Source: a virus. From it: a stretch of DNA of 39,363 nt. Below, one piece after another: positions 6,967 to 14,746 of this stretch. The number at the start of each line of letters is the position of its first letter. The first letter of the stretch is position 1. Below the pieces are notes generated by a model. It was given only the letters and a program-made list of their open reading frames with translations, ran no database searches and was not told the DNA's origin. Both the position numbers and the translations under genes were made by a program. The stretch spans positions 1 to 39,363 of IMG/VR virus record IMGVR_UViG_3300035156_000166; one strand, 5' to 3'.

Positions 6967-8487
6967 TTAGGCTACCTGACGACGGAGCGTGCCCGCGCCT
7001 TCGCGACCGGCACCGGTGACCCACGCGAAACCCGTCGACACCGCGTCGACCATATCGTCATGCAAGCCCTTCGGGAAGGCGAGGAGCTCACGCTCGAGCG
7101 CCTCGAGCGGCTGAGTGTGCACCACCTGCCGACGCTGGTAGCCGTTGAGCAACAGCTCCGCCCGTGTCTCCTTCAGGATCGTCTGGTGCTTCGTCTCGTA
7201 CACGACGTCGGGGAACTCGCCGAGCACCTCGCGCCACACGTCGCCGCCCTGGTTCGTCTCGACCAAGATCAGCCGGATCTCCGGGTAACGCACGAGGAGG
7301 GAGGCTACCTTCGTGCGCAGCGCCTTCGGGTTGAGCCGGACGCCGAGACACTCCCGCACCCACACCTTGCCGGTCTGCCGGTCATGGCTCAGCACGGCCA
7401 GACCGGTCGCGTCGCTCGTCTTCCTCGAGGTGACCGCGGGGTCGACGGAGAGGAACGTCCGCGGATAGGTGGGCCGGGTCTCGTACGTGATGTCGGACGT
7501 CGACCACATGAGACCGTCGGCGGCGAGCGGTTCGTTCTGGAAGTTGATCGCGAAGTAACGATCTCCCTTCATCGCCTGCAGCTCTTCGAGTGTCCACTTC
7601 TCCGGCCAGAGAGAACGCTCCGTGCCCTCGTCGGTCAGCACAAGAGCGGGGTAGTAGCTGACCCTGAAGTTCTCCGCGGCGATCCACGGCTCCGCCTCCG
7701 AGGTGGTGACGCTCTTCACGAGCTGGTGCACCATGCTTCCCTCCATCGTGACCGTGCCGACCCACGCGACCCGAGCGTTCGCGTTGAGCGGGAGGAGAGC
7801 CTGACGCACGAGGTCGAGCCGCTGCCCCATCTGGTAGGTCGAGTAGGTCGCGGCGGGTGGTTCGATGTCGTCGAAGATGAGGAGGTCAGGCCGGAGGTTG
7901 CCGACCTTCAGACCGAGCGGGGTCGAGCCGACACCTCGAGCGGCGAAGATGAATCCGCTCTTCTGGTGCGCCATACCGCGGTTGTCCGACACCGAGACGC
8001 CCGTGCGCCGGACGGCGGGAGCGCAGAGCTCCGGGTAGTCGAGCCGGAGGAGAGCGTTCTGCTCGAGCTCAGACTTGAATGAGGCGAGGTGCTGCTCAGC
8101 TAGCCCCGCGTTGTCGGCGAACGCTGCCGCGAACTTGACGTGCCCGTGCGCGGCTGCCCACAAGGGCGCGATGAGGAACCACGTCGTCGACTTCGCGCTG
8201 TGCCGCGGTGCCACGTACGCACGCCGCCACGCCTTCGGCCGCGAGGTCGGCACGGCCCACTCAAGCATCTGCTCATACCATGCGAGGTGCGCCTCGCTGA
8301 AGCTGACCTCTCCACCCGTGCTCGGATCGGAGAGGTGGTGTCGGAGGTAGACGAGGGCGAAGAGCCGAGGGTTTAAACGGGTCAGCACGCGCCGACCGCG
8401 CGACGTCCCGAGGAGCTGCGCGTCGAAGCGCTCGAGGTAGGCCCACGCCTCAGAGCTGAGCGTCACAGTGCCACGTCGCAAGAGCAC
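6967..8487 (-). CDS. Terminase large subunit
   Basis: 506 aa. Walker A-like PRHSAKST, Walker B-like DLLIFDDIEP, C-terminal nuclease-like region. The start may be downstream (GTG 8466). Confidence 0.85.
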   Translation of the reverse strand: MLLRRGTVTLSSEAWAYLERFDAQLLGTSRGRRVLTRLNPRLFALVYLRHHLSDPSTGGEVSFSEAHLAWYEQMLEWAVPTSRPKAWRRAYVAPRHSAKSTTWFLIAPLWAAAHGHVKFAAAFADNAGLAEQHLASFKSELEQNALLRLDYPELCAPAVRRTGVSVSDNRGMAHQKSGFIFAARGVGSTPLGLKVGNLRPDLLIFDDIEPPAATYSTYQMGQRLDLVRQALLPLNANARVAWVGTVTMEGSMVHQLVKSVTTSEAEPWIAAENFRVSYYPALVLTDEGTERSLWPEKWTLEELQAMKGDRYFAINFQNEPLAADGLMWSTSDITYETRPTYPRTFLSVDPAVTSRKTSDATGLAVLSHDRQTGKVWVRECLGVRLNPKALRTKVASLLVRYPEIRLILVETNQGGDVWREVLGEFPDVVYETKHQTILKETRAELLLNGYQRRQVVHTQPLEALERELLAFPKGLHDDMVDAVSTGFAWVTGAGREGAGTLRRQVA

Positions 8488-8686
8488 GGGTCGAGACGAT
8501 CAGCGCATCGTCGAGCTTCATCGGGAGCACACGCTCGAGCTCGGTCCGGATCAGCGCGTCAAGCTTGCGTACCGCTTCGGCGTCCGCATCGGTGAAGCCT
8601 CCAGCCACCCATCCCGCGGGCAGGACCGGAGCGGTCGCCTCACGCACGGCTGCCGCGATCTCGTCTGGTGTCGGCGTGTTAGCCAC
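8450..8686 (-). CDS. Hypothetical protein
   Basis: ORF track, 78 aa. Operon packing with short overlaps. Confidence 0.5.
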   Translation of the reverse strand: MANTPTPDEIAAAVREATAPVLPAGWVAGGFTDADAEAVRKLDALIRTELERVLPMKLDDALIVSTRALATWHCDAQL

Positions 8687-8972
8687 GGGGGAGATACCTC
8701 TCGAGAACTTCCGCGTCGTACCGGATCTTCGCTTCAGTGATGAGGCCGAGCTGCTCGGTCATGCTGCCGACCGGGTAGATCGCGGTGTAAGACACGTCCT
8801 CACCCTCAGCGTCGAAGCCCTTGAGCCCGACCACGAGCACGTAGGACACGATGAGCGAACCCTCCGGGAAGGGCTCGCTGCCCTCGCTTGGGTCCGCCCG
8901 CTCTGCCGCTATCGCCGCCTCGAGCGCGGGACGGAGGATAGCGTCGGTGTCAGCCACGGCCCACCCTCCCAT
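8679..8972 (-). CDS. Hypothetical protein
   Basis: ORF track, 97 aa. Operon packing. Confidence 0.5.
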   Translation of the reverse strand: MGGWAVADTDAILRPALEAAIAAERADPSEGSEPFPEGSLIVSYVLVVGLKGFDAEGEDVSYTAIYPVGSMTEQLGLITEAKIRYDAEVLERYLPRG

Positions 8973-9267
8973 CCTTCATCGTTGCGCCGGTGTCCTCACG
9001 TGCCAGACCTAGCCGAGCGATGGTGCGCTTCGACGCGAGGTACGCCGCTTCGAACGGACCGATCCCCGGCAAGCCCTGCAGCGCACGGGCCCGGTGCTCA
9101 CTGTACGCCGCGCGACGCAGCGAGGGGAGATCTTTGCATAGTGCACGCTCGAGCTCTTCAATCGCCTCGAGGCCGATGCCGAGCCCGCGGATCTCGGTCT
9201 TGCTCAGCTTGCGCAGAGACTTGAGCGCGTTCGTCCGGGCACGCACCGCGGCGGGTTGCGTGGTCAC
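8950..9267 (-). CDS. Hypothetical protein
   Basis: ORF track, 105 aa. GTGA start/stop overlap with the upstream gene. Confidence 0.5.
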   Translation of the reverse strand: MTTQPAAVRARTNALKSLRKLSKTEIRGLGIGLEAIEELERALCKDLPSLRRAAYSEHRARALQGLPGIGPFEAAYLASKRTIARLGLAREDTGATMKDGRVGRG

Positions 9268-9758
9268 GACTCCACCACTTCGCCTTCGATCAGGTCGTGC
9301 TCTCGCATCTTCTCTCGTCTCTCTGCCTCATCGAGCAATTCTCGGAGCTGCCGCTCTTGCTCGGACTGCACGGTCACTTGAGCGTCGACCCGCTCCGGTG
9401 CGTTTAAACCGAGGAGCTTCGCTTGCCGCTCCATCACCCGGAGGATCAGGTTCGCCGCCTCGTGGTCGAGCTTATTGACCTCGAGACCCTGCGCGAGTCT
9501 GCTCATCCCTGCCCGCATGAGCGTCTCGAGCTGCTGGTTCTGCACCTCGCGGTAGGTCTCGATCGCGGGAGGACCGTGCTTCGTGACGAAGGCGTCGAGC
9601 CTGCGCTGCACGCCGCGCACCGAGAGATCCATCCGCCGCGCGATGTCGACGTTACGCTCGCCTCTGATCTTCGCGTTGAGGATCTCGAGACCTTCGGATT
9701 CTTGCTGCTCTTTGCGCCGCTGCCGTCCGCTAGGTCGGAAGGGCTCGAGCTCTGTCAT
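9264..9758 (-). CDS. HTH DNA-binding protein, possible small terminase subunit
   Basis: Track ORF 9264..9767. I prefer ATG 9758 (MTELEPF...). HTH segment NVDIARRMDLSVRGVQRRLDAF plus a coiled-coil C-terminus. It is the first gene of the packaging operon, but three ORFs separate it from the large terminase. Confidence 0.5.
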   Translation of the reverse strand: MTELEPFRPSGRQRRKEQQESEGLEILNAKIRGERNVDIARRMDLSVRGVQRRLDAFVTKHGPPAIETYREVQNQQLETLMRAGMSRLAQGLEVNKLDHEAANLILRVMERQAKLLGLNAPERVDAQVTVQSEQERQLRELLDEAERREKMREHDLIEGEVVES

Positions 9759-9791
9759 ACTGCCCACCTTACGCGACAGCTCAGCACGACA

Positions 9792-9807
9792 TGTTCAAAT
9801 TTGAACA
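9792..9807. repeat. 16-bp perfect AT-rich palindrome TGTTCAAATTTGAACA upstream of the HTH/terS-like gene
   Basis: Read directly. Lies in the 52-nt gap between stop 9811 and ATG 9758. Confidence 0.85.
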
Positions 9808-9810
9808 CTT

Positions 9811-9879
9811 CTACTTCGTCCAGACGATGAGGAAGGCGAGCACGAGGAGGAGGAAGAGCACGACGAGCGTCCCGGTCAT
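9811..9879 (-). CDS. Possible 22-aa hydrophobic peptide MTGTLVVLFLLLVLAFLIVWTK
   Basis: ATGA start/stop overlap with 9876..10061. Single TM-like segment. Too short for the ORF track. Confidence 0.35.
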   Translation of the reverse strand: MTGTLVVLFLLLVLAFLIVWTK

Positions 9880-10061
9880 GCCGGGACGGTAGCGAGCGTC
9901 GCGTGCACCTGAGCCCGGAGGAGGGCGATCTTCTCCTGCTCGGTCCACCGCGACTCGCCACCGTACCCTGCCTGCCTCGCCTGGTCGGCTCGCTCGCCGT
10001 AGAGGTCAGCTTTCGCGAGCTCTCGCTCTGCCTCTTCGTAGTGCTGGTATTGCGTTGCCAT
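9876..10061 (-). CDS. Hypothetical 61-aa protein
   Basis: Track ORF 9876..10118 trimmed to ATG 10061 (MATQYQHYEEAEREL...) with RBS ggaagagag. The longer version would include the terminator hairpin. Confidence 0.5.
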   Translation of the reverse strand: MATQYQHYEEAERELAKADLYGERADQARQAGYGGESRWTEQEKIALLRAQVHATLATVPA

Positions 10062-10084
10062 GATCTCTCTTCCGGGTATGGGAG

Positions 10085-10116
10085 GAGCGGGTCGCACCAC
10101 TAAGTGCGACCCGCTC
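10085..10116 (-). terminator. 13-bp GC-rich stem-loop (no U tract) downstream of the secreted-protein gene
   Basis: GAGCGGGTCGCAC / GTGCGACCCGCTC with a 6-nt loop. Confidence 0.55.
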
Positions 10117-10243
10117 ACTCGCGCGTGATTGGGCAGGTCAGCCGATAGATCTCATCCCCACCAAGGGAGAGGGTCGTGCTGCCTTCGGGTAGGAAGTAAC
10201 AAAACCCCGTTGACCCGTGTTGGCTTGTGACGGACGAGCGGCT

Positions 10244-10654
10244 CTACTCGCGCCAGAGATCGACGGTCCGGGTCAGACCGCCCGATCCGCCGAGCTTGTG
10301 CCAGCCGGTGGAGCTGATCCGGTACGACGGGTAGCCGCCGCCCGAGATCGTCGCGTTGTAGCCCGCGGGCAGGACGAATCCGTCGGTGTCGGCCCATCGG
10401 TACTTCGTCTTGCTGTTCTGCCCCCGCTCGAGGTAGCCGAGCGGGGAGCCTTCCTTGCATCCGGGGTCCGACGAGGTGCCCGACCAGTCTTTGCAGATGG
10501 TCAGCCGAGACCGGTCGGAAGCCGAGGCGTGCTTCAGCACGGCGTCTCCGGGGGAGACCGCGGAGGCGAGGGTCGGAGTGCCAGCGACCAGAGCGCTGCC
10601 TCCGAGAGTGACGGCTGCCGCCAGAGCTGCAAGCCGATGCTTTGATGAGGTCAT
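10244..10654 (-). CDS. Secreted protein of unknown function (signal peptide)
   Basis: Track ORF trimmed to ATG 10654. MTSSKHRLAALAAAVTLGGSALVAGTPTLASA then VSP looks like a Sec signal with an AxA site. The mature part has two Cys. It has its own promoter and terminator. Confidence 0.65.
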   Translation of the reverse strand: MTSSKHRLAALAAAVTLGGSALVAGTPTLASAVSPGDAVLKHASASDRSRLTICKDWSGTSSDPGCKEGSPLGYLERGQNSKTKYRWADTDGFVLPAGYNATISGGGYPSYRISSTGWHKLGGSGGLTRTVDLWRE

Positions 10655-10661
10655 GTGAACT

Positions 10662-10690
10662 ACCCTACTACTCTCATAGATCTGTGTCAA
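10662..10690 (-). promoter_or_regulatory. Consensus promoter TTGACA-N17-TAGGGT placed 7 nt before ATG 10654 (leaderless type)
   Basis: Minus strand reads gagTTGACAcagatctatgagagtagTAGGGTagttcacATG. It lies at the 3' end of the upstream gene, with its -35 hexamer overlapping that gene's stop codon. Confidence 0.6.
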
Positions 10691-11172
10691 CTCTTGATTA
10701 GTGTCTTGAGCTCGTTAACTCCGGAGACCCGGACGGGTTCAGGCTTCTCGCTCGTGAAGCTGATCGTCTCATCGTTGAGATACCGGACGATCTTCCCCTT
10801 CTCGTCCCGCTCCACGTCGAGCACGTAGCGGGTGCGCTGCGTGGTGCTCCATGCGTTGTCCTTCGTCCACTTCCGCTCCACGCGATAGCCGCGCACGGTG
10901 GCCGTGTGGTGCCTGGTCCACCAGTACGCCGCGTCGGGCTTCCATGACGGCCCCGCCTTGCCTCCGAGCTCCGGGTCGAAGAGGTAGACCGCTAGGAACC
11001 GTTGCACATCTTCGCCAGCTCGCCGCCACCCTCGCACGATCCAAGACCTCGTTGTCCGTCCGTCGAACCATCCTTCGCCGTACGTCGCCACGGTCCACCA
11101 CCCCGCGTCGTCCGCCACCTGCGCCAGGCTGACCACGCCCCCCGGTGCACTTGGTGTAGTTGGTGTAGACAT
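10687..11172 (-). CDS. Hypothetical protein (Trp-rich); start uncertain
   Basis: ORF track, 161 aa. ATG 11172 and its RBS-like aggaaa lie inside the 102-bp repeat element, and codons 2-7 are the iteron arm. Confidence 0.55.
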   Translation of the reverse strand: MSTPTTPSAPGGVVSLAQVADDAGWWTVATYGEGWFDGRTTRSWIVRGWRRAGEDVQRFLAVYLFDPELGGKAGPSWKPDAAYWWTRHHTATVRGYRVERKWTKDNAWSTTQRTRYVLDVERDEKGKIVRYLNDETISFTSEKPEPVRVSGVNELKTLIKS

Positions 11173-11254
11173 TGAGCGTTTTCCTACTCTCTATATTTTA
11201 CACTTGCTAAGTTGCCTCAGTATGAATCGGACGAAAAACTACACCAACTACACC
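11153..11254. repeat. Copy 1 of the 102-bp AT-rich element: 16-bp inverted arms GGTGTAGTTGGTGTAG / CTACACCAACTACACC flanking a 70-bp core at about 37% GC
   Basis: 97 of 102 positions identical to 35265-35366 in the same orientation. Each arm is a tandem TTGGTGTAG-type 8-9 bp unit. Confidence 0.95.
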
Positions 11255-11257
11255 AAG

Positions 11258-11281
11258 TTATCCACATTTTCCTGTGGATAA
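11258..11281. promoter_or_regulatory. Inverted pair of perfect DnaA-box consensus 9-mers TTATCCACA-N6-TGTGGATAA (candidate origin element or hairpin)
   Basis: Read directly. Immediately follows the primase stop codon (11283-11285) and abuts repeat copy 1. Confidence 0.4.
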
Positions 11282-11282
11282 C

Positions 11283-13517
11283 TCACTCGTTAGGTAAGCC
11301 TAGGCTAAGTCCCCGAACTGCCGCCAGACCCCCGTACATGTAGCTGCTGTAGCCGAGCGCCTGCATCCTCTGCCACCACTTCGTCAGGGGCAGAGTGCCG
11401 TTGCCGGTCGCCTCAGTCCAGCGCTTGTAGTGGGTGTAAGCCTCTTTCTTCAGCATCCGGACGTCGATCCGGTCGGGGTCGCGAATGGCCAGCCGATCGT
11501 CCTCCGTGACCCACTCGCGCACCTGATCGGCTGCCAGCTCGAAGCGATCCTTCTCGTCCTGCGCCGACTTCGGGGTGTCGAAGTTGCCGCGCGCCATGAG
11601 CTCGCGAAGAGACCTGACCGCGTGCGCCAGGATGCCGGGGAGCTCAGACGTTAGGTCTTCACTCAGTCCCGCCTTTGTGTCGAAGGTGTTGGGGAACGTG
11701 AGGAGCTGCCAGCGCCGACGGTAGCCGTGCGTGGTGTCCGCGCTCTTCCAGAACTCGTTAGCCGAGAAGACCGGCACGGCCCAGCACGTGAACGCGAAGG
11801 GATGCTCGTACTTCCGCTGAGCCTCAATCGTGTCCTCGCCCGTGATCGCCTTAAAGCGAGCGGTCGACTTCATGTAGGCCGGGTCGATGTCGCCCGCGAG
11901 GTTCGCGATCTTGCCGAAGAGGGACGCGACTTCGAACTTCCCTTCAGCGATGTCCTGCAGGGTCACCTGAGACGTGTTCGACGCGCCGAGGAGAGCCTTG
12001 ATTACTCGGATCAGGGTCCCCTTCCCGTTGCTGCCCGCACCGTGGAAGAGGAACGCGCGCTGCAGCGGGTTCCCGGAGTAGGCCAGATAGCCGAGGATCT
12101 CCCAGAGATAGGCGTGCGCGTCGGGAGCCATGACCTGATCCACGAAGCGGTCGAAGAGCGGGCATACGGCATCCTCGTCCCACGTCACGGGAAGTTGCAC
12201 CGTGGAGTAGAACGAGGGATCGTGGGGGTAGAGCGTGCCGGTCTTCCAGAAGAGCATCCCGTTCAGGACGTTGAGGTACTCCGGCACCGGGTCGCACGTG
12301 ATGATCGCCCCGCGGCTGCGTAAGAGCTGCTGCAGCATCGGCAAGACGGTCGAGACGTGGGACGGTCGGAACTTGTGCCCGAGGAGGACCGTGCACCGGT
12401 CCGACACCTCGTGCGGAGCGCGGTGCCAGACGCCATTCCGGTACGACCAGATAGACCGGTTGTCGCTGTCATCCATAGCGAGGTCGCCCAGCTCGAGGAG
12501 GTCGAGCGCAAGCTTGGTGACGATGAGCCCGCCCTTGCCGCCGAAGTAGGCGTCGGGGTCGTAGATCTTCTCCGGATCTGCGACCCCCTCAGGGAAAGGG
12601 ACGAACATGCCGGTCTGGGCCCGTGGCATGGGTCGCCCTGCCCCGTTGACTTTCTTCCGCGCGGAGTCCCAGCGCTCGAGGATCTCGGCCAGACCGAATC
12701 CCGAGTCCCGCGGCGCGTGCTTCGCGAGGGTGTCGTAGGCGTCGCCTTCGGTGAGCGCGTTCCAGGGTGAGTACGCGATCTCGAGGAGGTTGCAGGCGAC
12801 CTCGTACGTCGTCGAGTTCCAGTCGGGCCCCGTGTAAACGTCCCGTCCGAAGTTGGACACCGCTGCCTGCGCGCACTCCCTGAGTCGCGCGACCTCGAGC
12901 TCGAAGACCGTCTCCGCGTAATGGTCGCACCGAGCCTTCTCTGCCTCGCTCATCGCGTCGCGGCTGACCACCTCCCGCGACGCCGAGGAGATCTCGACTT
13001 CCTTCGGCTGCAGCTTCTCGAGGAGCCATGCCGGGGCCGGAGCGACCTTGCCGCTCCACGTCGCCCCGCCCTCTGTGGGCAGAACCTCGTACGTGCCGAA
13101 GATCGTGCTCGAGGGTGCCGCGATGACGTAGCCACCGTCCCCGCGCACGTCGACGTGCGGGAAGAGCGACGTCGTGCTCCGCACTGGACCGGCAACCGAG
13201 AAGTAGTAGTGCGTCCCGCCGCGCCCGGTCTTGACCGTGTAGGTCCGTGGTAGGCCACCGTGGGAGCTGACGAACTCTCTCCACTCCGGCGCGCCCTGCT
13301 CGCTCTTGTAGGAATCGTCGTCGATCACCACGAGCCCGTTGCCGGTCGCGATCCCGATCAGGTCGTCCGGGTTCTCCGCCCAGTGGGTGCGGAGCTGGTC
13401 GACGTCGGTCGTGGCATCCTTGAATCCGTTGCGCGTCTTGGGTCGCTTCTGGTCGTCGCACGGGAAGACGGGCCAGCCACGGGATGCATAGTCGCACACG
13501 GCAGTGATGGGGTGCAC
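11283..13517 (-). CDS. Bifunctional DNA primase-polymerase / SF3 (D5/P4-type) helicase
   Basis: 744 aa. N-terminal prim-pol motifs: GWPVFPC, GLVVIDDD, GGTHYYF, VDVRGDGGYVIAAPS. Walker A GAGSNGKGT in the C-terminal half. RBS aggaga before GTG. Confidence 0.85.
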   Translation of the reverse strand: MHPITAVCDYASRGWPVFPCDDQKRPKTRNGFKDATTDVDQLRTHWAENPDDLIGIATGNGLVVIDDDSYKSEQGAPEWREFVSSHGGLPRTYTVKTGRGGTHYYFSVAGPVRSTTSLFPHVDVRGDGGYVIAAPSSTIFGTYEVLPTEGGATWSGKVAPAPAWLLEKLQPKEVEISSASREVVSRDAMSEAEKARCDHYAETVFELEVARLRECAQAAVSNFGRDVYTGPDWNSTTYEVACNLLEIAYSPWNALTEGDAYDTLAKHAPRDSGFGLAEILERWDSARKKVNGAGRPMPRAQTGMFVPFPEGVADPEKIYDPDAYFGGKGGLIVTKLALDLLELGDLAMDDSDNRSIWSYRNGVWHRAPHEVSDRCTVLLGHKFRPSHVSTVLPMLQQLLRSRGAIITCDPVPEYLNVLNGMLFWKTGTLYPHDPSFYSTVQLPVTWDEDAVCPLFDRFVDQVMAPDAHAYLWEILGYLAYSGNPLQRAFLFHGAGSNGKGTLIRVIKALLGASNTSQVTLQDIAEGKFEVASLFGKIANLAGDIDPAYMKSTARFKAITGEDTIEAQRKYEHPFAFTCWAVPVFSANEFWKSADTTHGYRRRWQLLTFPNTFDTKAGLSEDLTSELPGILAHAVRSLRELMARGNFDTPKSAQDEKDRFELAADQVREWVTEDDRLAIRDPDRIDVRMLKKEAYTHYKRWTEATGNGTLPLTKWWQRMQALGYSSYMYGGLAAVRGLSLGLPNE

Positions 13518-13546
13518 AGGGTCTCCTAGTTGATCGTAGGAGTTTC

Positions 13547-13555
13547 ACTATATCA
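13547..13555 (-). promoter_or_regulatory. Extended -10 like element TGaTATAGT upstream of the primase gene, next to degenerate iteron-like repeats (13556-13575)
   Basis: Minus strand reads ggTTGGTGCACTTGGTGTTGTGATATAGTgaaact. Confidence 0.35.
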
Positions 13556-13578
13556 CAACACCAAGTGCACCAACCGCC

Positions 13579-13815
13579 CTACTTGTCTCGAGCGAGCCCT
13601 TCCCGTAGGTAGCGGTAGATGAGCTCAGCGCGGGAGACCTCGAGCCGGAACGCGGTCGCGTCCAGCTCTTCGAGCTCGCGCGGCTTGACCGTCGTCGCGA
13701 CTTGCTTCGTCCGCGCATACGGTGCCGGGGTGACCGGAAGCGTCTCGGTCTTGTGCCCGTCGACGATCAGGTCGCCCACTGTGTCAGACATTTGTGATAC
13801 CTTTCTAGGAGTCAT
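13579..13815 (-). CDS. Ribbon-helix-helix (CopG/Arc-like) DNA-binding protein
   Basis: C-terminal KPRELEELDATAFRLEVSRAELIYRYLREGL fits an RHH pattern. First gene of the leftward unit. ATG 13815 lies 7 nt after a -10 box. Alternative starts are GTG 13821 and ATG 13791. Confidence 0.6.
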   Translation of the reverse strand: MTPRKVSQMSDTVGDLIVDGHKTETLPVTPAPYARTKQVATTVKPRELEELDATAFRLEVSRAELIYRYLREGLARDK

Positions 13816-13843
13816 TGCCACAAGTCTACCTCAAGAGTAGACT
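13815..13843. promoter_or_regulatory. Overlapping divergent promoters built on the palindrome AGTCTAC-N7-GTAGACT
   Basis: Rightward: TTGCCA (13815-13820), N17, TAGACT (13838-13843). Leftward: -10 TAGACT is the complement of 13823-13828. The rightward -35 overlaps the leftward start codon. Confidence 0.5.
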
Positions 13844-13868
13844 GAGACTCTCACAGAAGGAGTAGAGG

Positions 13869-14444
13869 ATGGGGTTCAAGGTACGACAGGAGACGACGGT
13901 CGAGACGCTGCAGGCCGGAGAGATCACGATCGACAAGACCGGCACGAGCTGGACAGTCGAGAGAGTGAGTACGGTCGCGGCTGAGCCGGACGAGGTGACC
14001 TTCGTCATCGCCGGGATCAAGTACGAGAAGAGCGAGGGCAAGCGCTTCACGCTGACTAAGCCGTTCGGCTCACCGATCACGGTCGTCCGCGAGAAGAGCA
14101 CGGGGATCTCGGAGGCCACGCCGGATGACGTGACCGAAACTGCGACCGTGGTCGAAGAGAACGAAGCCGCCGTAGCTGCTCTGAAGGGCGCGGGCGCGGA
14201 GATCCTCGTGCAAGCCACGGTAGCCGACGCTGACGCCGTGGCTGCCATAGCCGAAGGCGAGAGCGTGGTGCTGCCGCCCTTCGCCAGCCTGACCGACCTC
14301 GAGCAACGGACGCACGTTTTCGTGATGCACGGCTCCGTCGCCTACGACATCATGGAGCGCGTCGCCCTGACGAAGCTGCATGAGCGTTTACACGCCGCCC
14401 CGCCGAAGGCGAAGGCCAAGCCCCACACTCACGAGGTGGCATGA
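13869..14444 (+). CDS. Hypothetical protein (first early gene)
   Basis: ORF track, 191 aa. RBS gaaggag. Confidence 0.6.
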   Translation: MGFKVRQETTVETLQAGEITIDKTGTSWTVERVSTVAAEPDEVTFVIAGIKYEKSEGKRFTLTKPFGSPITVVREKSTGISEATPDDVTETATVVEENEAAVAALKGAGAEILVQATVADADAVAAIAEGESVVLPPFASLTDLEQRTHVFVMHGSVAYDIMERVALTKLHERLHAAPPKAKAKPHTHEVA

Positions 14445-14746
14445 TGCCGATCAACGCTGCCGGAATCCGGACCCTGCCGGTCGCACCTAACGACGAGCCC
14501 GACCCTCGTGCTCGCCGTTGCGAGACGATCGAGATCTTCGGCTTCAAGATCGAGACGATCGCCGCCGTCGACACCGACGATCTCGCCCGCCGCGCCGGTG
14601 TCGACTGCCCGTGGTGCCAGCCGAGACCGGTCGGAGCGCGACGTATGAACACGTGCGTACTCTGTGATGGGACCGGTCTGATCGCACGCGCCCAGAGTGA
14701 ACGCAAGCATTGCGAGTGCCCGGAGTGTCGGGACGGTCACGCATGA
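14441..14746 (+). CDS. Cys-rich zinc-finger protein with a DnaJ-type CxxCxGxG motif
   Basis: ATGA overlap with the upstream stop. Motifs: CPWC, CVLCDGTG, CECPEC. Confidence 0.6.
   Translation: MMPINAAGIRTLPVAPNDEPDPRARRCETIEIFGFKIETIAAVDTDDLARRAGVDCPWCQPRPVGARRMNTCVLCDGTGLIARAQSERKHCECPECRDGHA

Noticed and set aside
11144-13571. 14-bp inverted repeat GGTGCACTTGGTGT / ACACCAAGTGCACC bracketing the primase gene, considered as transposon-like ends
   Set aside because: Genome-wide, several 14-bp inverted matches are expected by chance at this composition. I keep it only as a degenerate member of the iteron family, not as mobile-element termini.
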